From positions 6,758-70,757 of the forward strand of contig CAKVOE010000003.1 in assembly GCA_934778215.1 (NCBI GenBank): a DNA stretch of 64,000 bases, in the 5' to 3' direction. The notes beneath the pieces are model-generated. The model had not been told where the DNA came from. It saw only the letters and a program-made list of their open reading frames with translations, and searched no databases. The DNA is from an uncultured Clostridia bacterium (GTDB lineage: Bacteria; Bacillota; Clostridia; Christensenellales; UBA1242). The first letter of the stretch is position 1. The number at the start of each line of letters is the position of its first letter. Shown here piece after piece: positions 37,801 through 47,400 of this stretch. The position numbers and the translations under genes were made by a program.

Positions 37801-38000
37801 GGTTTTGTTGCACTAAGAACCGATCCACCACTTTCTGTGGTAGACCTTACAACCTTTTTTATAACTTTTCTTACCTTTTTGCCCTGTGCATTAATGTAAA
37901 TTTCGCCATTTTTTATAGACTTTTTATTTACAATTCTTCCATCTAGGGTTTGCACCATTTCATCGGCAGTGCTAGGCGTACTTCCTTTTACTTCATCCAT
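34848..38000 (-). CDS. Large single-pass membrane/surface protein with InlB B-repeat-like segment
   Basis: 1050 aa. Low-complexity, probably cytoplasmic N-terminal region of about 270 aa. TM helix WIPALVIASLYVICCGVYFI. Long beta-rich ectodomain that includes a GHTFAGW motif typical of Listeria-Bacteroides repeats. Confidence 0.6.
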   Translation of the reverse strand: MDEVKGSTPSTADEMVQTLDGRIVNKKSIKNGEIYINAQGKKVRKVIKKVVRSTTESGGSVLSATKPETTISASPEAEEASREPVEDNKTNSNTNISEPVVEEPSASQIISPAEDADFRTRIGARHSFLARMESGQNISTPMVGGVKLSGAERSQIAQSSSASAPRSGKGKNKNKNQEEEIVTDKSVSELEQAVMDENFNESLGKNGQSAGARSSTVSGKASNPMGSVLNNPLSNADNDLARGLAGSYSLATPKKITTTPLAKPKKKKVKKPINLWIPALVIASLYVICCGVYFIKNYNFGDKSVQVGEYYLNVGTNSKTEYYDGERFNFFELMMTYNYGNDNVKNVDMSKINLTTRANSQPTMGYTLKDGYISARWDGAYQNATKREVNVEFKYGNEVGYIPVTIYRNRLQSLSSQGAIVADPATKQISVIIWGNYTNELVERKGITLQPRRLTADEYKLEIYSDSGSTLGSPKLVTSESENSLNIDKYQLTDSQFENFSKIVVASTVNKSISSDIYKQFSTIAYTDVEGVKVEPVGFKVVEWNTGVDLNSADGVKVSLNDSFKFKIQLDTDNGYYFDGLKVTYSIGNGKYYEVGENNTFEVVDQNGESEIFYSVPREEITDDIKICVVGVTNVYPVRFMYLNTDGKYVEYKKSDALNPVPVLVTYGEAKTAIIDDAKDYSGHTFAGWREASNYETNPQNVKYVSENVKSFASGESFGAVNGKYKVRYFYAQYDLNKYTVNLLGKGFTLNGTIRHSDRTEENVNINFDTTTSYTFLEGDSFIFTIGKNDSTLKVEKVAGRLDNGQWRVYEANKINGKYTITIDGTTNKITDLHISTKYKIVSGTDFIDSITLQNKDGETLLDAENVPANTITTNYESHADIYYCLITMKENIKINGEVDHPIFNGLTFVEVDETSGAYKYSIVEKDLKNFNLVASNVTTKISVTKANEGFTIVGLDADGLIKLANFNEDVKLKVVLNEDYIVPDGATGVVSVKMNGEELVVVNLVNGENTVTLIKDKLKEAFTQNYSISISVVGIQPKPTEPTPEPVEP

Positions 38001-38130
38001 AATCGTATCTTTCCTGATATTAATTAAATGATATTTTTAGTCATAAATAGTATATACTATATTAAAATATTTAGTCAAATAAAAACAACGCAAGTTGTGT
38101 AAAAATCAATAACTTTTTGTTTTCGCCAGC

Positions 38131-38165
38131 AAAAAAGTTACCCTAGCAAATTATCTGCTAGGGTA
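38131..38165 (-). terminator. Intrinsic terminator after sbcC
   Basis: TACCCTAGCA/GATAATT/TGCTAGGGTA followed by ACTTTTTT. Confidence 0.75.
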
Positions 38166-38170
38166 AAATT

Positions 38171-41100
38171 TTAAACTTCACGCACCAGTTTTACAACCGA
38201 ACCCGAATCGCTTGTTGGCTTTGTAATTAAAAATTTCTTTTGTATGCGTTCTTGCAATTCTGGAATGTGAGAAATTAGCCCTATGGTCATATTTTTATTC
38301 GCAAGTTTGTTAAGCGAACTAATAATATACTCGCAATATTCCTTATCAAGCGTTCCAAACCCTTCGTCCAAGAAGAAGAAATCAAGACGCTTGTCAGACT
38401 TGGTCATAAGTGCATCAGATATAGATAGCGCCAGTGCCAAACTCACAACAAAAAGTTCCCCACCAGACAGCGTTCTTGCACTACGCTCTTCGCCATTATT
38501 AAAGTTATCTACTACAACAAAGTCTTTATTTATATATTTTAAAATATATCTGCCGTCCATTAAATCTACAAGTTTTTCACTTGCCATATAGGTAATATCG
38601 TCCATAAATTCTTCGGCAACAAATTCTACCAAGGCCTTTCCTCTTAATGTATCGCAAAGTTCGCTTTGAATGTTATAGTTTGCAGTTAGAGTGTTTTCAA
38701 TCTCTTTAAACTCTTTTAGTTGTTTTAGTTGTTCGCTCAAAACATCAATTTCTGACCTTAGTTTACCACTTTCTGCAATTCGTTGATTCATAACCTGCGT
38801 GGTGTTTTCTAGCGTGGTTTCTATGTTTGCAATAAGCGTTGGATCTACCACCTTTCCGCCCAAAATCTTTTCCAGGTCTTCTTTTCGTTTTAACAACACC
38901 GAAACATTGCCGTCATAGTTTGTGGTAAAGTTTTCAAGTGCTTTTATATCTTCGCTGGCAAGTTTAAAGTTATCTATATCTTCAAATTTTTCAACTCCAA
39001 CCGCATTTAACGCCGTCATCAAACTGTCTAGCGTTCCATTTCTTAAACTCTTATGCTCACTTAGTAGCATATTTGTATTTGCAATTTTTGCCTGAATTTC
39101 GGCAAGAGCCTGTTTCTGCTTATCAATATTTATAGTGTTAAGATTAATCTCTTTTTCGTTTACCGCCATTTTAACTTCGGCTTTATTAATCTCTTTATCA
39201 AACGACTTTATATCTTTATACTCTACAACCAAACTACTTTTAAATTTAATTTCTTTATTTAGTTTTTTAAGAGTTTCTTGCTTTAAATCAGCCTCGGCAG
39301 TTACCGCAGAATAGGTTTCTGCAAGTTTTTTAATAACCTCGTTTACCTCAACAATGCTGTTATGCAATTTGTTGGCACTAATTTCGCTATCCTTTTTTTG
39401 CTTTTGAAGATTATTAAGTTCTTTAATTCGTTCTTCAATGTTTCCACCCTGTGTTACGAAATTAATTTCTGCATCAATTTTGGTTTTAAATTCTTCAATA
39501 GATTTTTTTAACTCATTGTAACTGTCTAACTTGTCGGTGCTTGCAATAAATATACTACTATATTTATTTTTTTCTGATTCTAATTCGGCAATTTTGTCTA
39601 ACTTTTCGTTTTCTAGTTTGCGTTGTTCTTCTAGTTTTACTATGTCATCTTTTAGGTTTAGTTGAACAATGCTAATATCTGCTGGCTTTGCGTTCTTTTT
39701 GTTTAACAAGTTTGCACATTTAGACGAAATTTCTAATTCAATTGCTGTAATAGATTCATTATTATAAGAAATCTCTTGTGTTTGGTCTTCTATTTCTTTT
39801 ATAAGTTGAGCAATAATTTCGGCACTCAACTCCGCCTGTTTTGTTTGCTTTAAAAGTTCATTTTTAATTTTTTCTAGTTCTTTTTCTATAACAATAACAT
39901 CTAGTTTTGCCAACACGTTTTTAGTTAAAATTTCGTTGTTACAAATAGGACAGTTGTCCCCAACCTTATATTTTGCCGAAAATTCTGCAACACTGTTGTT
40001 GCAAATAGCGTCTATTCTCTGCTTTTCAAGTTGCTCTATCTGCTTTTGCAAACTTTCAAATTTTTGCAAAGCGTCCGACTTAATTAGTTTTTCTTTATTT
40101 AAGGCGGTATTGGCAAGTTCTATCTTTTTGTTTCTAATTAAGTTTTCTCGATTGTATTCATCTTCTCTATCAAGCAGATTTTTAATATATTCTTCGGTTA
40201 TGTTTAACTTACTTAATAGCACAACCAAATTATTTATGGCATCAACCAAAATTGGAGATTTAGAGTTTATGTCAAGTTTACTATTGTTGCCAAGAGCCTC
40301 TTTTCGTAGTTTTTTTAGTTCGGCAACAACCTTATTTATCTCCTTTGTGCAATCGTTAACCTTGCCGTTTGCGTTAGCCTTTAAGTTGATAGCCCCTTTT
40401 ACTAATAGGTCTACATATTTTATGTAGTTATTAACAGCATCTCGTTCTTTTACATAAAAGGTATAACTCGAAACATCATAATATCCCACCAAACGCTCTT
40501 CTAGTTCCTGAATTCGGTTACGCTCCTGATTATACTCCGTTTTTAAAAGGTCTAGTCTTTTTTCGTTCTCTTCCTTTTCTTGAACGGCGTCTGTTTTTGC
40601 AATGTCTAATTCTGAAAGTTTACTAATTAGAGTTGACTCTTGTTCGCTAAGCGACTTTAATTCGGTACATATTGCACTAGCATTAACCAAAGCATTTCGC
40701 CTTTCGGTAAGATTTCCATTTTCATTTTTTAAATTTTCTATATTAATTTGGTTTTGCGAAATCTCTTTTTTTGCACTTTCGCTTTTTGAATCTAATTCGG
40801 CATTCAGTTTATCTAAACTGCTCTCTTCATCTGCTATTGTTTTATTTAGGGTGTTAACAGTATCTATTAGCACTCCGCCGTCTTGAATTGCCCTTGCTTT
40901 TGCAATTTGTTGTTTTTTGTCCGAAATATCCGCACCGCTTTGTGCCAAATTTCTTAACATACTTTCAACTTCTTCTAGTTCTTTGCTTGCTTTTGCCAAA
41001 TCTCTTTCTTTGCCTAGCGTTACAGTGCTTTTTTCTATCATTTCCTTATTTTCTGCAATGTTCTTTTCTAGTTGTTTAAATTCGGAAATTTTATTATCTC

Positions 41101-41743
41101 TTTTTGCATCGCTTATATCGCCTAACATCTCTATTTTTGTTTTTATGTTAGATAACTCCGCCTGTGTTTTTGACACCTTTGCCCTTGCTTTCTCCCAAAG
41201 AGGCTCGCCAAATTTATTTAGGTCAAAAATGCCACCAATTATATTGATTCTTTCATTTGGCTTCGCCTTCAAAAAGCCCGCAAATTCGCCTTGTGGCAAC
41301 GCAACACACTTAGAAAATTCATTTTGTGTTAGCCCAATTAATTCTTTTAGGTAGGCATCTACTTTGGTAGGACCTTCCATAAGCATGGTTTCGCTAGATT
41401 TATCTATTTCAAAAACCTGCGCCTTTTGTGTTACATCTAAGACTCTTGATAATCTGTATTCTCTTATTACCTTAATTTGTTTGGTTTTGTTCTTTTCGGT
41501 ATATTCAAAAAAGAATTCTACCCTAGTAAACTTAGTTTTTAGGTTAATAAAATCTGCATTAGATTTGCTTCGCTCAATGTTGCCAAAAAGAGCCAAACAA
41601 ATTGCATCTAAAACGGTAGACTTACCCGAACCCGTTTGTCCGAATATTCCAAAAATTGCAGAATCTCCAAGTTTCGAAAAATCAAGTTCTTGCTTATCTA
41701 CAAAACTATTTAAACCTTCTATGGTTAATTTAATTGGCTTCAC
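38171..41743 (-). CDS. sbcC: SbcC/Rad50-family ATPase
   Basis: 1190 aa with Walker A GQTGSGKST, long coiled coils, zinc hook CPICN, signature LSGGE and Walker B FFLDEGFG. Confidence 0.85.
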   Translation of the reverse strand: MKPIKLTIEGLNSFVDKQELDFSKLGDSAIFGIFGQTGSGKSTVLDAICLALFGNIERSKSNADFINLKTKFTRVEFFFEYTEKNKTKQIKVIREYRLSRVLDVTQKAQVFEIDKSSETMLMEGPTKVDAYLKELIGLTQNEFSKCVALPQGEFAGFLKAKPNERINIIGGIFDLNKFGEPLWEKARAKVSKTQAELSNIKTKIEMLGDISDAKRDNKISEFKQLEKNIAENKEMIEKSTVTLGKERDLAKASKELEEVESMLRNLAQSGADISDKKQQIAKARAIQDGGVLIDTVNTLNKTIADEESSLDKLNAELDSKSESAKKEISQNQINIENLKNENGNLTERRNALVNASAICTELKSLSEQESTLISKLSELDIAKTDAVQEKEENEKRLDLLKTEYNQERNRIQELEERLVGYYDVSSYTFYVKERDAVNNYIKYVDLLVKGAINLKANANGKVNDCTKEINKVVAELKKLRKEALGNNSKLDINSKSPILVDAINNLVVLLSKLNITEEYIKNLLDREDEYNRENLIRNKKIELANTALNKEKLIKSDALQKFESLQKQIEQLEKQRIDAICNNSVAEFSAKYKVGDNCPICNNEILTKNVLAKLDVIVIEKELEKIKNELLKQTKQAELSAEIIAQLIKEIEDQTQEISYNNESITAIELEISSKCANLLNKKNAKPADISIVQLNLKDDIVKLEEQRKLENEKLDKIAELESEKNKYSSIFIASTDKLDSYNELKKSIEEFKTKIDAEINFVTQGGNIEERIKELNNLQKQKKDSEISANKLHNSIVEVNEVIKKLAETYSAVTAEADLKQETLKKLNKEIKFKSSLVVEYKDIKSFDKEINKAEVKMAVNEKEINLNTINIDKQKQALAEIQAKIANTNMLLSEHKSLRNGTLDSLMTALNAVGVEKFEDIDNFKLASEDIKALENFTTNYDGNVSVLLKRKEDLEKILGGKVVDPTLIANIETTLENTTQVMNQRIAESGKLRSEIDVLSEQLKQLKEFKEIENTLTANYNIQSELCDTLRGKALVEFVAEEFMDDITYMASEKLVDLMDGRYILKYINKDFVVVDNFNNGEERSARTLSGGELFVVSLALALSISDALMTKSDKRLDFFFLDEGFGTLDKEYCEYIISSLNKLANKNMTIGLISHIPELQERIQKKFLITKPTSDSGSVVKLVREV

Positions 41744-42920
41744 TATTTGTTTCCTCCATAAGTTCTACAAACAAACTAACAATTTTATCGCTAGGCGCAA
41801 CACCTTTAACTCGTTTATAAAAGTTTTCAAACAATTCTTTTGGTTCTAATTTATCACGATTATTAATATAAATCTCGCTATCCTTAGTCATATTAGTAAG
41901 CATTAGTTTAATTTGTTGCACGCAAGGATACCTCTCTTTTATGCCCTTAATTTCGGTAGACAAAAGCGGTTTATCTTGAACAATAGTAAGTTCAACAATA
42001 TCTTCGGTAGAAAAATATTGTAGTTCATCTGCCACCGCATCTAAGCCTACTGCACACACCTTTTGCATCTTGTTAGGAGATACAAGATTAATTTGTTCCA
42101 CGCTTTTTAACTTACCATTTTCTACATCTAGTAAGTTTACGCTAGTGGTTTTTTGAATGTAAGAAAGTTTTAATGGGGCACCCGAATAATATGCGTGAGA
42201 GCCTAGTCTCTGTGCAGAATGCAAATGCCCAAGGGCATAATAATCTGCCTTTGGTAAATCGGATAAATTTACAACTCCCGACTCATTTATAGATATTCTT
42301 CTAAATTTGCCACTCTCTTCGTATTCAGAACCAACTGCCGTGAAGTGAGAAACCACGCAACAAAAATCTTTTTTATTAAAATCGGAACATACTAAGTTTG
42401 CCCACTCGCCAACCTTTTTTGAATAATTTTCCGCATTGCTTTTTTCGGTAATTCTGTACTCAGTTGGGTATGGCAAAAGACCAAACCATGCCGTTTCGGT
42501 TTGTGTTCTTCCTTCTACTTCAACCTTAACTGTGCCATGTTCGGTACAAGTAATTTTTGCCTTAGAGCCACGACAAACATCGGCTACTGGGTGCAAGTCA
42601 CCCGCAAGCACAATATTATGCTTTTTTGCAAAATATTTGTTAGCCATTATACGCTTTGGGTCGTCATGATTTCCGGCGGACACAATAACTACTCTGTCGC
42701 CATTATCTGCCAACTTTTCTAGCGTGTCAAAAAACAAATCTTCGGCTTCGCTAGTTGGAACAGCCTGATCATAAACATCGCCCGCAATTAAGACAATGTC
42801 TACCGCTTCTCTATCACAAACAGATAAAATTTCATTTAAAACCTTCCTTTGTTCGGCAAGCCTACTACGGCGGTCGGTCTTTGCACCTAGGTGCCAATCA
42901 GATGTGTGTAAGATTTTCAA
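41730..42920 (-). CDS. sbcD: SbcD/Mre11-family nuclease
   Basis: Phosphoesterase motifs HTSDWHLG, GDVYD and GNHD. Overlaps the sbcC start by 14 nt. Confidence 0.9.
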   Translation of the reverse strand: MKILHTSDWHLGAKTDRRSRLAEQRKVLNEILSVCDREAVDIVLIAGDVYDQAVPTSEAEDLFFDTLEKLADNGDRVVIVSAGNHDDPKRIMANKYFAKKHNIVLAGDLHPVADVCRGSKAKITCTEHGTVKVEVEGRTQTETAWFGLLPYPTEYRITEKSNAENYSKKVGEWANLVCSDFNKKDFCCVVSHFTAVGSEYEESGKFRRISINESGVVNLSDLPKADYYALGHLHSAQRLGSHAYYSGAPLKLSYIQKTTSVNLLDVENGKLKSVEQINLVSPNKMQKVCAVGLDAVADELQYFSTEDIVELTIVQDKPLLSTEIKGIKERYPCVQQIKLMLTNMTKDSEIYINNRDKLEPKELFENFYKRVKGVAPSDKIVSLFVELMEETNSEAN

Positions 42921-43028
42921 TTTCCTAATTCTCCTAAAATTTTTAAAATTAACTTGAATATTCCCCCAATTAATGATATTATTATATTAAATTTTAAAAA
43001 ATATTGCAAACAAATTTGGGGTATTATT

Positions 43029-44504
43029 ATGTCTTTCTGTTCTTACTCGTCTTCTACACACTCTGGGTCCTTTCTTGTAATAGAAAATACTTTTATAAAA
43101 GAGTATCTTCCCTACGCTCCCGATATGTGTGTAAAGGTGTATTTGTATGGTTTAAGTATGTGCAATAATCAAGGTTCAGTCGAAAATTCGGTTGAAAACT
43201 TTTGTCATGTCTTAAACATTACAGTAAAAGAACTAAAAGACATTTTTGAATATTGGCAAGGCGAAGGCTTAGTACAAATTTTGGAAAACGGTAGCGGAAA
43301 CAATCTTGATGTCAAATATCTTCCTGTAATAAAGCGTGTAGGTTCTAGCAAAATAAGAAAAGACAAATATACCGACTTTAACAGCAAACTACAAGCCGTT
43401 ATAAACGAAAGAATGATAACCCCTACCGAATACAACGAATATTACACCCTAATTGAGAGTATGCATCTAGACCAAAACGCCCTAATAGAAATTGCCTCCT
43501 ATTGTGTGCAACTAAAAGGCGGAAAGGTTGGGTATCCATATATTATTACCGTGTGCAAAAGTTTTATAGATGAAGGCCTTTTTACATTAGAACAGGTTAA
43601 AGAAAAACTATCTGAGCATCAAGAAATAACGCCCGAATTACTAGATATAACAAAGGCTTTTGGCAAAAAGACTGCCCTAACCCTAGACGACCGCAACAAT
43701 TACATTAAGTGGACAAAGGAGTTTGGCTTTACCCACGGCACCATAAAAGATGTTGCAAAATCTATTAAGGGCAAAAACCCAACAATTGCCTTACTAAACA
43801 CAATTTTAACTAATTATTATGACCACAAATTGCTAAGCACAAAAGAAATTAATGAATACAATGAAAACCGTGAAAAATATATTGCTCTTGCAAAGGATAT
43901 TACTCACACCATTGGGCTAAGATATGACAACTATGACACCATTGTAGAAAACTATATTTTAGACTGGATTGCAAAGGGTTTTGACGCCGAAACGCTAAAA
44001 ACCATTGCCATGTATTGTTTAAAATCATCTACCCGCACCATAGAGGGTATGAACACAACTATTTTAAAATTTTACAAACTTGGTCTTATATCTGCCTCTT
44101 CTATAAATCAATATATAGAAGGACTAATTTCAACCGATAACCTAATAAAAGAAATATTAGAAACCTTAAAGTTAGACAGATTGGTAAACACTTGGGACAG
44201 AGAAAGTTACAAAACATGGACAGAAGTTTGGGGCTTTTCTCACGAAATTGTTATGATGGTTGCAAAAAATTGTAGCGACAAACTTCAACCAATGCAACAG
44301 ATGAATAAACTTCTATCCCTATTGCACGAAAACAAAATAGAGCCCTATCAAGATGCCGAAACCTTTATAAAAAATAACAGCAAAAAAACCACTTCGGCTA
44401 CAAAATCAAAACAAAAAGATAGTTATATTCCATCAACCACCAGAGATTACAAAAACAAAGACCTTAATGCATTATTTGATAACCTAGACAACATCGAAAT
44501 ATAG
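43029..44504 (+). CDS. Replication initiation/helicase-loading protein, DnaB(Bsu)/DnaD-domain family
   Basis: Repeated DnaD/DnaB_2-like modules, directly upstream of a dnaI-like gene as in the Bacillus dnaB-dnaI pair. ATG at 43029 with GGGGT SD is preferred over TTG at 42954. Confidence 0.65.
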   Translation: MSFCSYSSSTHSGSFLVIENTFIKEYLPYAPDMCVKVYLYGLSMCNNQGSVENSVENFCHVLNITVKELKDIFEYWQGEGLVQILENGSGNNLDVKYLPVIKRVGSSKIRKDKYTDFNSKLQAVINERMITPTEYNEYYTLIESMHLDQNALIEIASYCVQLKGGKVGYPYIITVCKSFIDEGLFTLEQVKEKLSEHQEITPELLDITKAFGKKTALTLDDRNNYIKWTKEFGFTHGTIKDVAKSIKGKNPTIALLNTILTNYYDHKLLSTKEINEYNENREKYIALAKDITHTIGLRYDNYDTIVENYILDWIAKGFDAETLKTIAMYCLKSSTRTIEGMNTTILKFYKLGLISASSINQYIEGLISTDNLIKEILETLKLDRLVNTWDRESYKTWTEVWGFSHEIVMMVAKNCSDKLQPMQQMNKLLSLLHENKIEPYQDAETFIKNNSKKTTSATKSKQKDSYIPSTTRDYKNKDLNALFDNLDNIEI

Positions 44505-44516
44505 GAGTGTAAAAAT

Positions 44517-45467
44517 ATGCAAAGTTTACAAGAAATAAAATTGGAGTTAAAATCTCTCTATATTAATAGAGTTCTAAAAGCAAAACAAACCGCCGAACAA
44601 AATTTGGCAATTGCCAGAACAGACAAAAAGTTTAATTCCAATTACTTAAAAATTAATGAATTAAATTATCAAATTGCAAAGAAAAAAAGTGAAAACATAA
44701 GCACCACAAAAGAGGAAGAAGAACTTCAAAAATTAAAGCAAGCACAAATTCCTATACTAAAAAAACTAAACCTTACCCCCTCTTCGTTGCAAGTAAATTA
44801 TCACTGTCCGAGATGTCAAGATTCGGGCTTTGTAAATGGTTTTCCTTGCAATTGCTATAAAGCCGAACTTACCAAAAGACTTTTACATTCTAACGGCATA
44901 AATTATAGCAAACTAAAAACCTTTGACGACTTTGACCCGTCTGTTGCCCAAACAAAAAAGCAACAACAAGAACTTTCAAAACTAAAAAAAATTGGCGTTC
45001 AATATGTAGAAAAATTCCGTGATACTAAATATGAAAACATTTATATATATGGCGAAGTTGGCACTGGCAAAACATTTTTTACCCAATGTATTGCAAGCGG
45101 ACTAATAAAAAAATATGTATATGTAAATATGGTGTCTGCCTTTCAGATGAACAATATTTTTTTAAACTACCACGGCTCCTTTGATAAAGACACATCAAAT
45201 ATTTTATCTGCCCTATTAGACCCCGACCTGCTAATAATAGACGACCTCGGAACGGAACCGATGTTTAAAAATGTAACACGAGAATATTTGGGTGTTATAA
45301 TTACCGAAAGAAGTTTGCATAAAAAACGCACAATTATAACAACAAATTTAACCCCTAATGATTTATTAGATAGATATGGGGAAAGAATTTATAGCAGAAT
45401 TTTTAACAAGATTAATTCTTTGCAAATTGCACTGCACGGTGACGATTTGCGTCTGCAAACAAATTAG
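44517..45467 (+). CDS. dnaI: Helicase loader DnaI (AAA+, IstB-like)
   Basis: N-terminal Zn motif HCPRCQDSG...CNC, Walker A GEVGTGKTF, Walker B LLIIDDLG. Confidence 0.75.
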   Translation: MQSLQEIKLELKSLYINRVLKAKQTAEQNLAIARTDKKFNSNYLKINELNYQIAKKKSENISTTKEEEELQKLKQAQIPILKKLNLTPSSLQVNYHCPRCQDSGFVNGFPCNCYKAELTKRLLHSNGINYSKLKTFDDFDPSVAQTKKQQQELSKLKKIGVQYVEKFRDTKYENIYIYGEVGTGKTFFTQCIASGLIKKYVYVNMVSAFQMNNIFLNYHGSFDKDTSNILSALLDPDLLIIDDLGTEPMFKNVTREYLGVIITERSLHKKRTIITTNLTPNDLLDRYGERIYSRIFNKINSLQIALHGDDLRLQTN

Positions 45468-45480
45468 CAAGTTTTAAGAT

Positions 45481-45506
45481 ACGGGACTTTTGCTCCCGTT
45501 ATTTTT
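45481..45506 (+). terminator. Weak intrinsic terminator between dnaI and typA
   Basis: ACGGGA/CTTTTGC/TCCCGT followed by TATTTTT. The stem is only 6 bp. Confidence 0.45.
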
Positions 45507-45517
45507 AAGGAGAAATT

Positions 45518-47350
45518 ATGAACGATATAAAAATAAGAAATATAGCAATTATAGCCCATGTAGACCATGGCAAAACCAGTTTGGTTAACGAAATGTTAAA
45601 GCAAGGCGGAGTATTTAGAGAAAACAAAGAAGTAGAAGACCGAGTAATGGATAGCAACGACCTTGAAAAAGAAAGAGGCATTACAATTTTAAGTAAAAAC
45701 GCAAGTTTTATGTATAAAGATACCAAAATAAATGTTGTTGACACCCCCGGTCACGCCGACTTTGGTGGCGAAGTTGAGCGTGTGTTAAAAATGGTAGATG
45801 GCGTTTTGCTTGTAGTTGATGCCTTTGAAGGACCAATGCCTCAAACAAGATTTGTTTTGCAAAAGGCACTAGCCCTAAACCTAAAAGTTATAGTAGTTGT
45901 AAACAAAATTGATAAAAGCGATGCAAGAGTTTTAGAAGTAAAAGATGAAGTTTTGGAACTTTTGATGGATTTAGACGCAACCGATGAGCAACTAGATAGC
46001 CCTTTTGTTTACGCTTCTGCAAAAAGCGGTATATCTTCTACCGACCCAAACGTTTTGGGAGTAGACTTTATTCCTCTATTTGAAACCATTCTTTCACATA
46101 TCCCTGCCCCAAGCGGAGATAAAGATGCAAAGTTAAATATGTTAATAAGTTCGGTTGAACATAGCGATTTTTTGGGAAAACTTGCCGTTGGTAAAATAGA
46201 AAATGGTACCATTAATGTAAACGATAACCTAGTAATTACCAATTATTTTGATGAAAACAAAAACTTACAATTTAAGGTACAAAGCCTATTTGTATATAGC
46301 GGACTAAAAAGAGTTCCCGTAAAAAGCGTGTCTGCGGGCGACATTGTCTGCATTGCCGGAACCGACCTTGTAACAATAGGAGATTCGCTTTCTAATGTAG
46401 GAAGCGTAAACACCATTCCTTTTGTAAAAATTAGTGAACCTAGCGTAGAGATGATTTTTTCGGTTAACACCAGCCCATTTGCCGGCAGAGAGGGTAAATA
46501 CTGCACCTCTCGCCACCTACGTGAAAGATTGTACAAAGAAGCGGTTAAAGATTTAAGTTTAAAAGTTTTAGACACCGATTCGGCAGATAGTTTTAAGGTT
46601 TTGGGTCGTGGCGAAATGCATATTTCTATTTTAATTGAAAATATGCGAAGAGCGGGCTACGAATTGCAAGTTGGTATGCCACGAGTACTAATTAAAGAAA
46701 TAGACGGTGTTAAATGCGAACCAATTGAAGAAGTTGTTGTAGATGTACCCGAAAATTGTTCGGGAACAATTATTAACTCGCTTTCTAACCGCAAAGGCGA
46801 ATTGGTTGAAATAAAAACACGAAACAGCCGTTCTATATTAAAATTTATTATGCCAGCCCGAGGTTTATTTGGTTACAGGTCACAATTTCTTACCGAAACC
46901 CGTGGTGAAGGTATTATAAATAGCACCTTTAAAGAATATCAACCATACAAAGGCACACTATCCCGCCGTAATTCTGGCGCACTTATTGCGTTTGAAGAAG
47001 GCGAAGCCGTTCAATATGGCTTATACTATATTCAAGAGCGTGGCAGACTTATTGTTGTTCCGGGCGATAAAGTTTATGGTGGTATGGTTGTTGGATTTAA
47101 CCCAAAGGGTGACGATATTATTGTAAACGTTTGCAAAAAGAAGCACCTTGCCAACCTTCGTGCAAGTGGTAGCGAAGAAACACTAAGATTAGAGCCTGTT
47201 AAAAAACCTACACTAGAAGAATTTTTGGAATACCTTGACGAAGACGAATTGCTAGAAGTTACACCAACAAGTTTAAGAATGCGAAAGACCATTTTGGATC
47301 ATACCCAGCGTGGACGAATGGACTTTAAACGCAAACAACAAGAACAATAA
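45518..47350 (+). CDS. typA: Translational GTPase TypA/BipA
   Basis: 610 aa with G motifs AHVDHGKTS, DTPGHADF and NKID, and EF-G-like domains. Confidence 0.95.
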   Translation: MNDIKIRNIAIIAHVDHGKTSLVNEMLKQGGVFRENKEVEDRVMDSNDLEKERGITILSKNASFMYKDTKINVVDTPGHADFGGEVERVLKMVDGVLLVVDAFEGPMPQTRFVLQKALALNLKVIVVVNKIDKSDARVLEVKDEVLELLMDLDATDEQLDSPFVYASAKSGISSTDPNVLGVDFIPLFETILSHIPAPSGDKDAKLNMLISSVEHSDFLGKLAVGKIENGTINVNDNLVITNYFDENKNLQFKVQSLFVYSGLKRVPVKSVSAGDIVCIAGTDLVTIGDSLSNVGSVNTIPFVKISEPSVEMIFSVNTSPFAGREGKYCTSRHLRERLYKEAVKDLSLKVLDTDSADSFKVLGRGEMHISILIENMRRAGYELQVGMPRVLIKEIDGVKCEPIEEVVVDVPENCSGTIINSLSNRKGELVEIKTRNSRSILKFIMPARGLFGYRSQFLTETRGEGIINSTFKEYQPYKGTLSRRNSGALIAFEEGEAVQYGLYYIQERGRLIVVPGDKVYGGMVVGFNPKGDDIIVNVCKKKHLANLRASGSEETLRLEPVKKPTLEEFLEYLDEDELLEVTPTSLRMRKTILDHTQRGRMDFKRKQQEQ

Positions 47351-47363
47351 TTTTTTAATCACA

Positions 47364-47398
47364 AAAAAAGTCTATTGAATAATTCAATAGACTTTTTG
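47364..47398. terminator. Bidirectional intrinsic terminator
   Basis: AAAAAGTCTATTGAAT-A-ATTCAATAGACTTTTT is a perfect palindrome between convergent typA and the 47401 gene. Confidence 0.8.
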
Positions 47399-47400
47399 TT

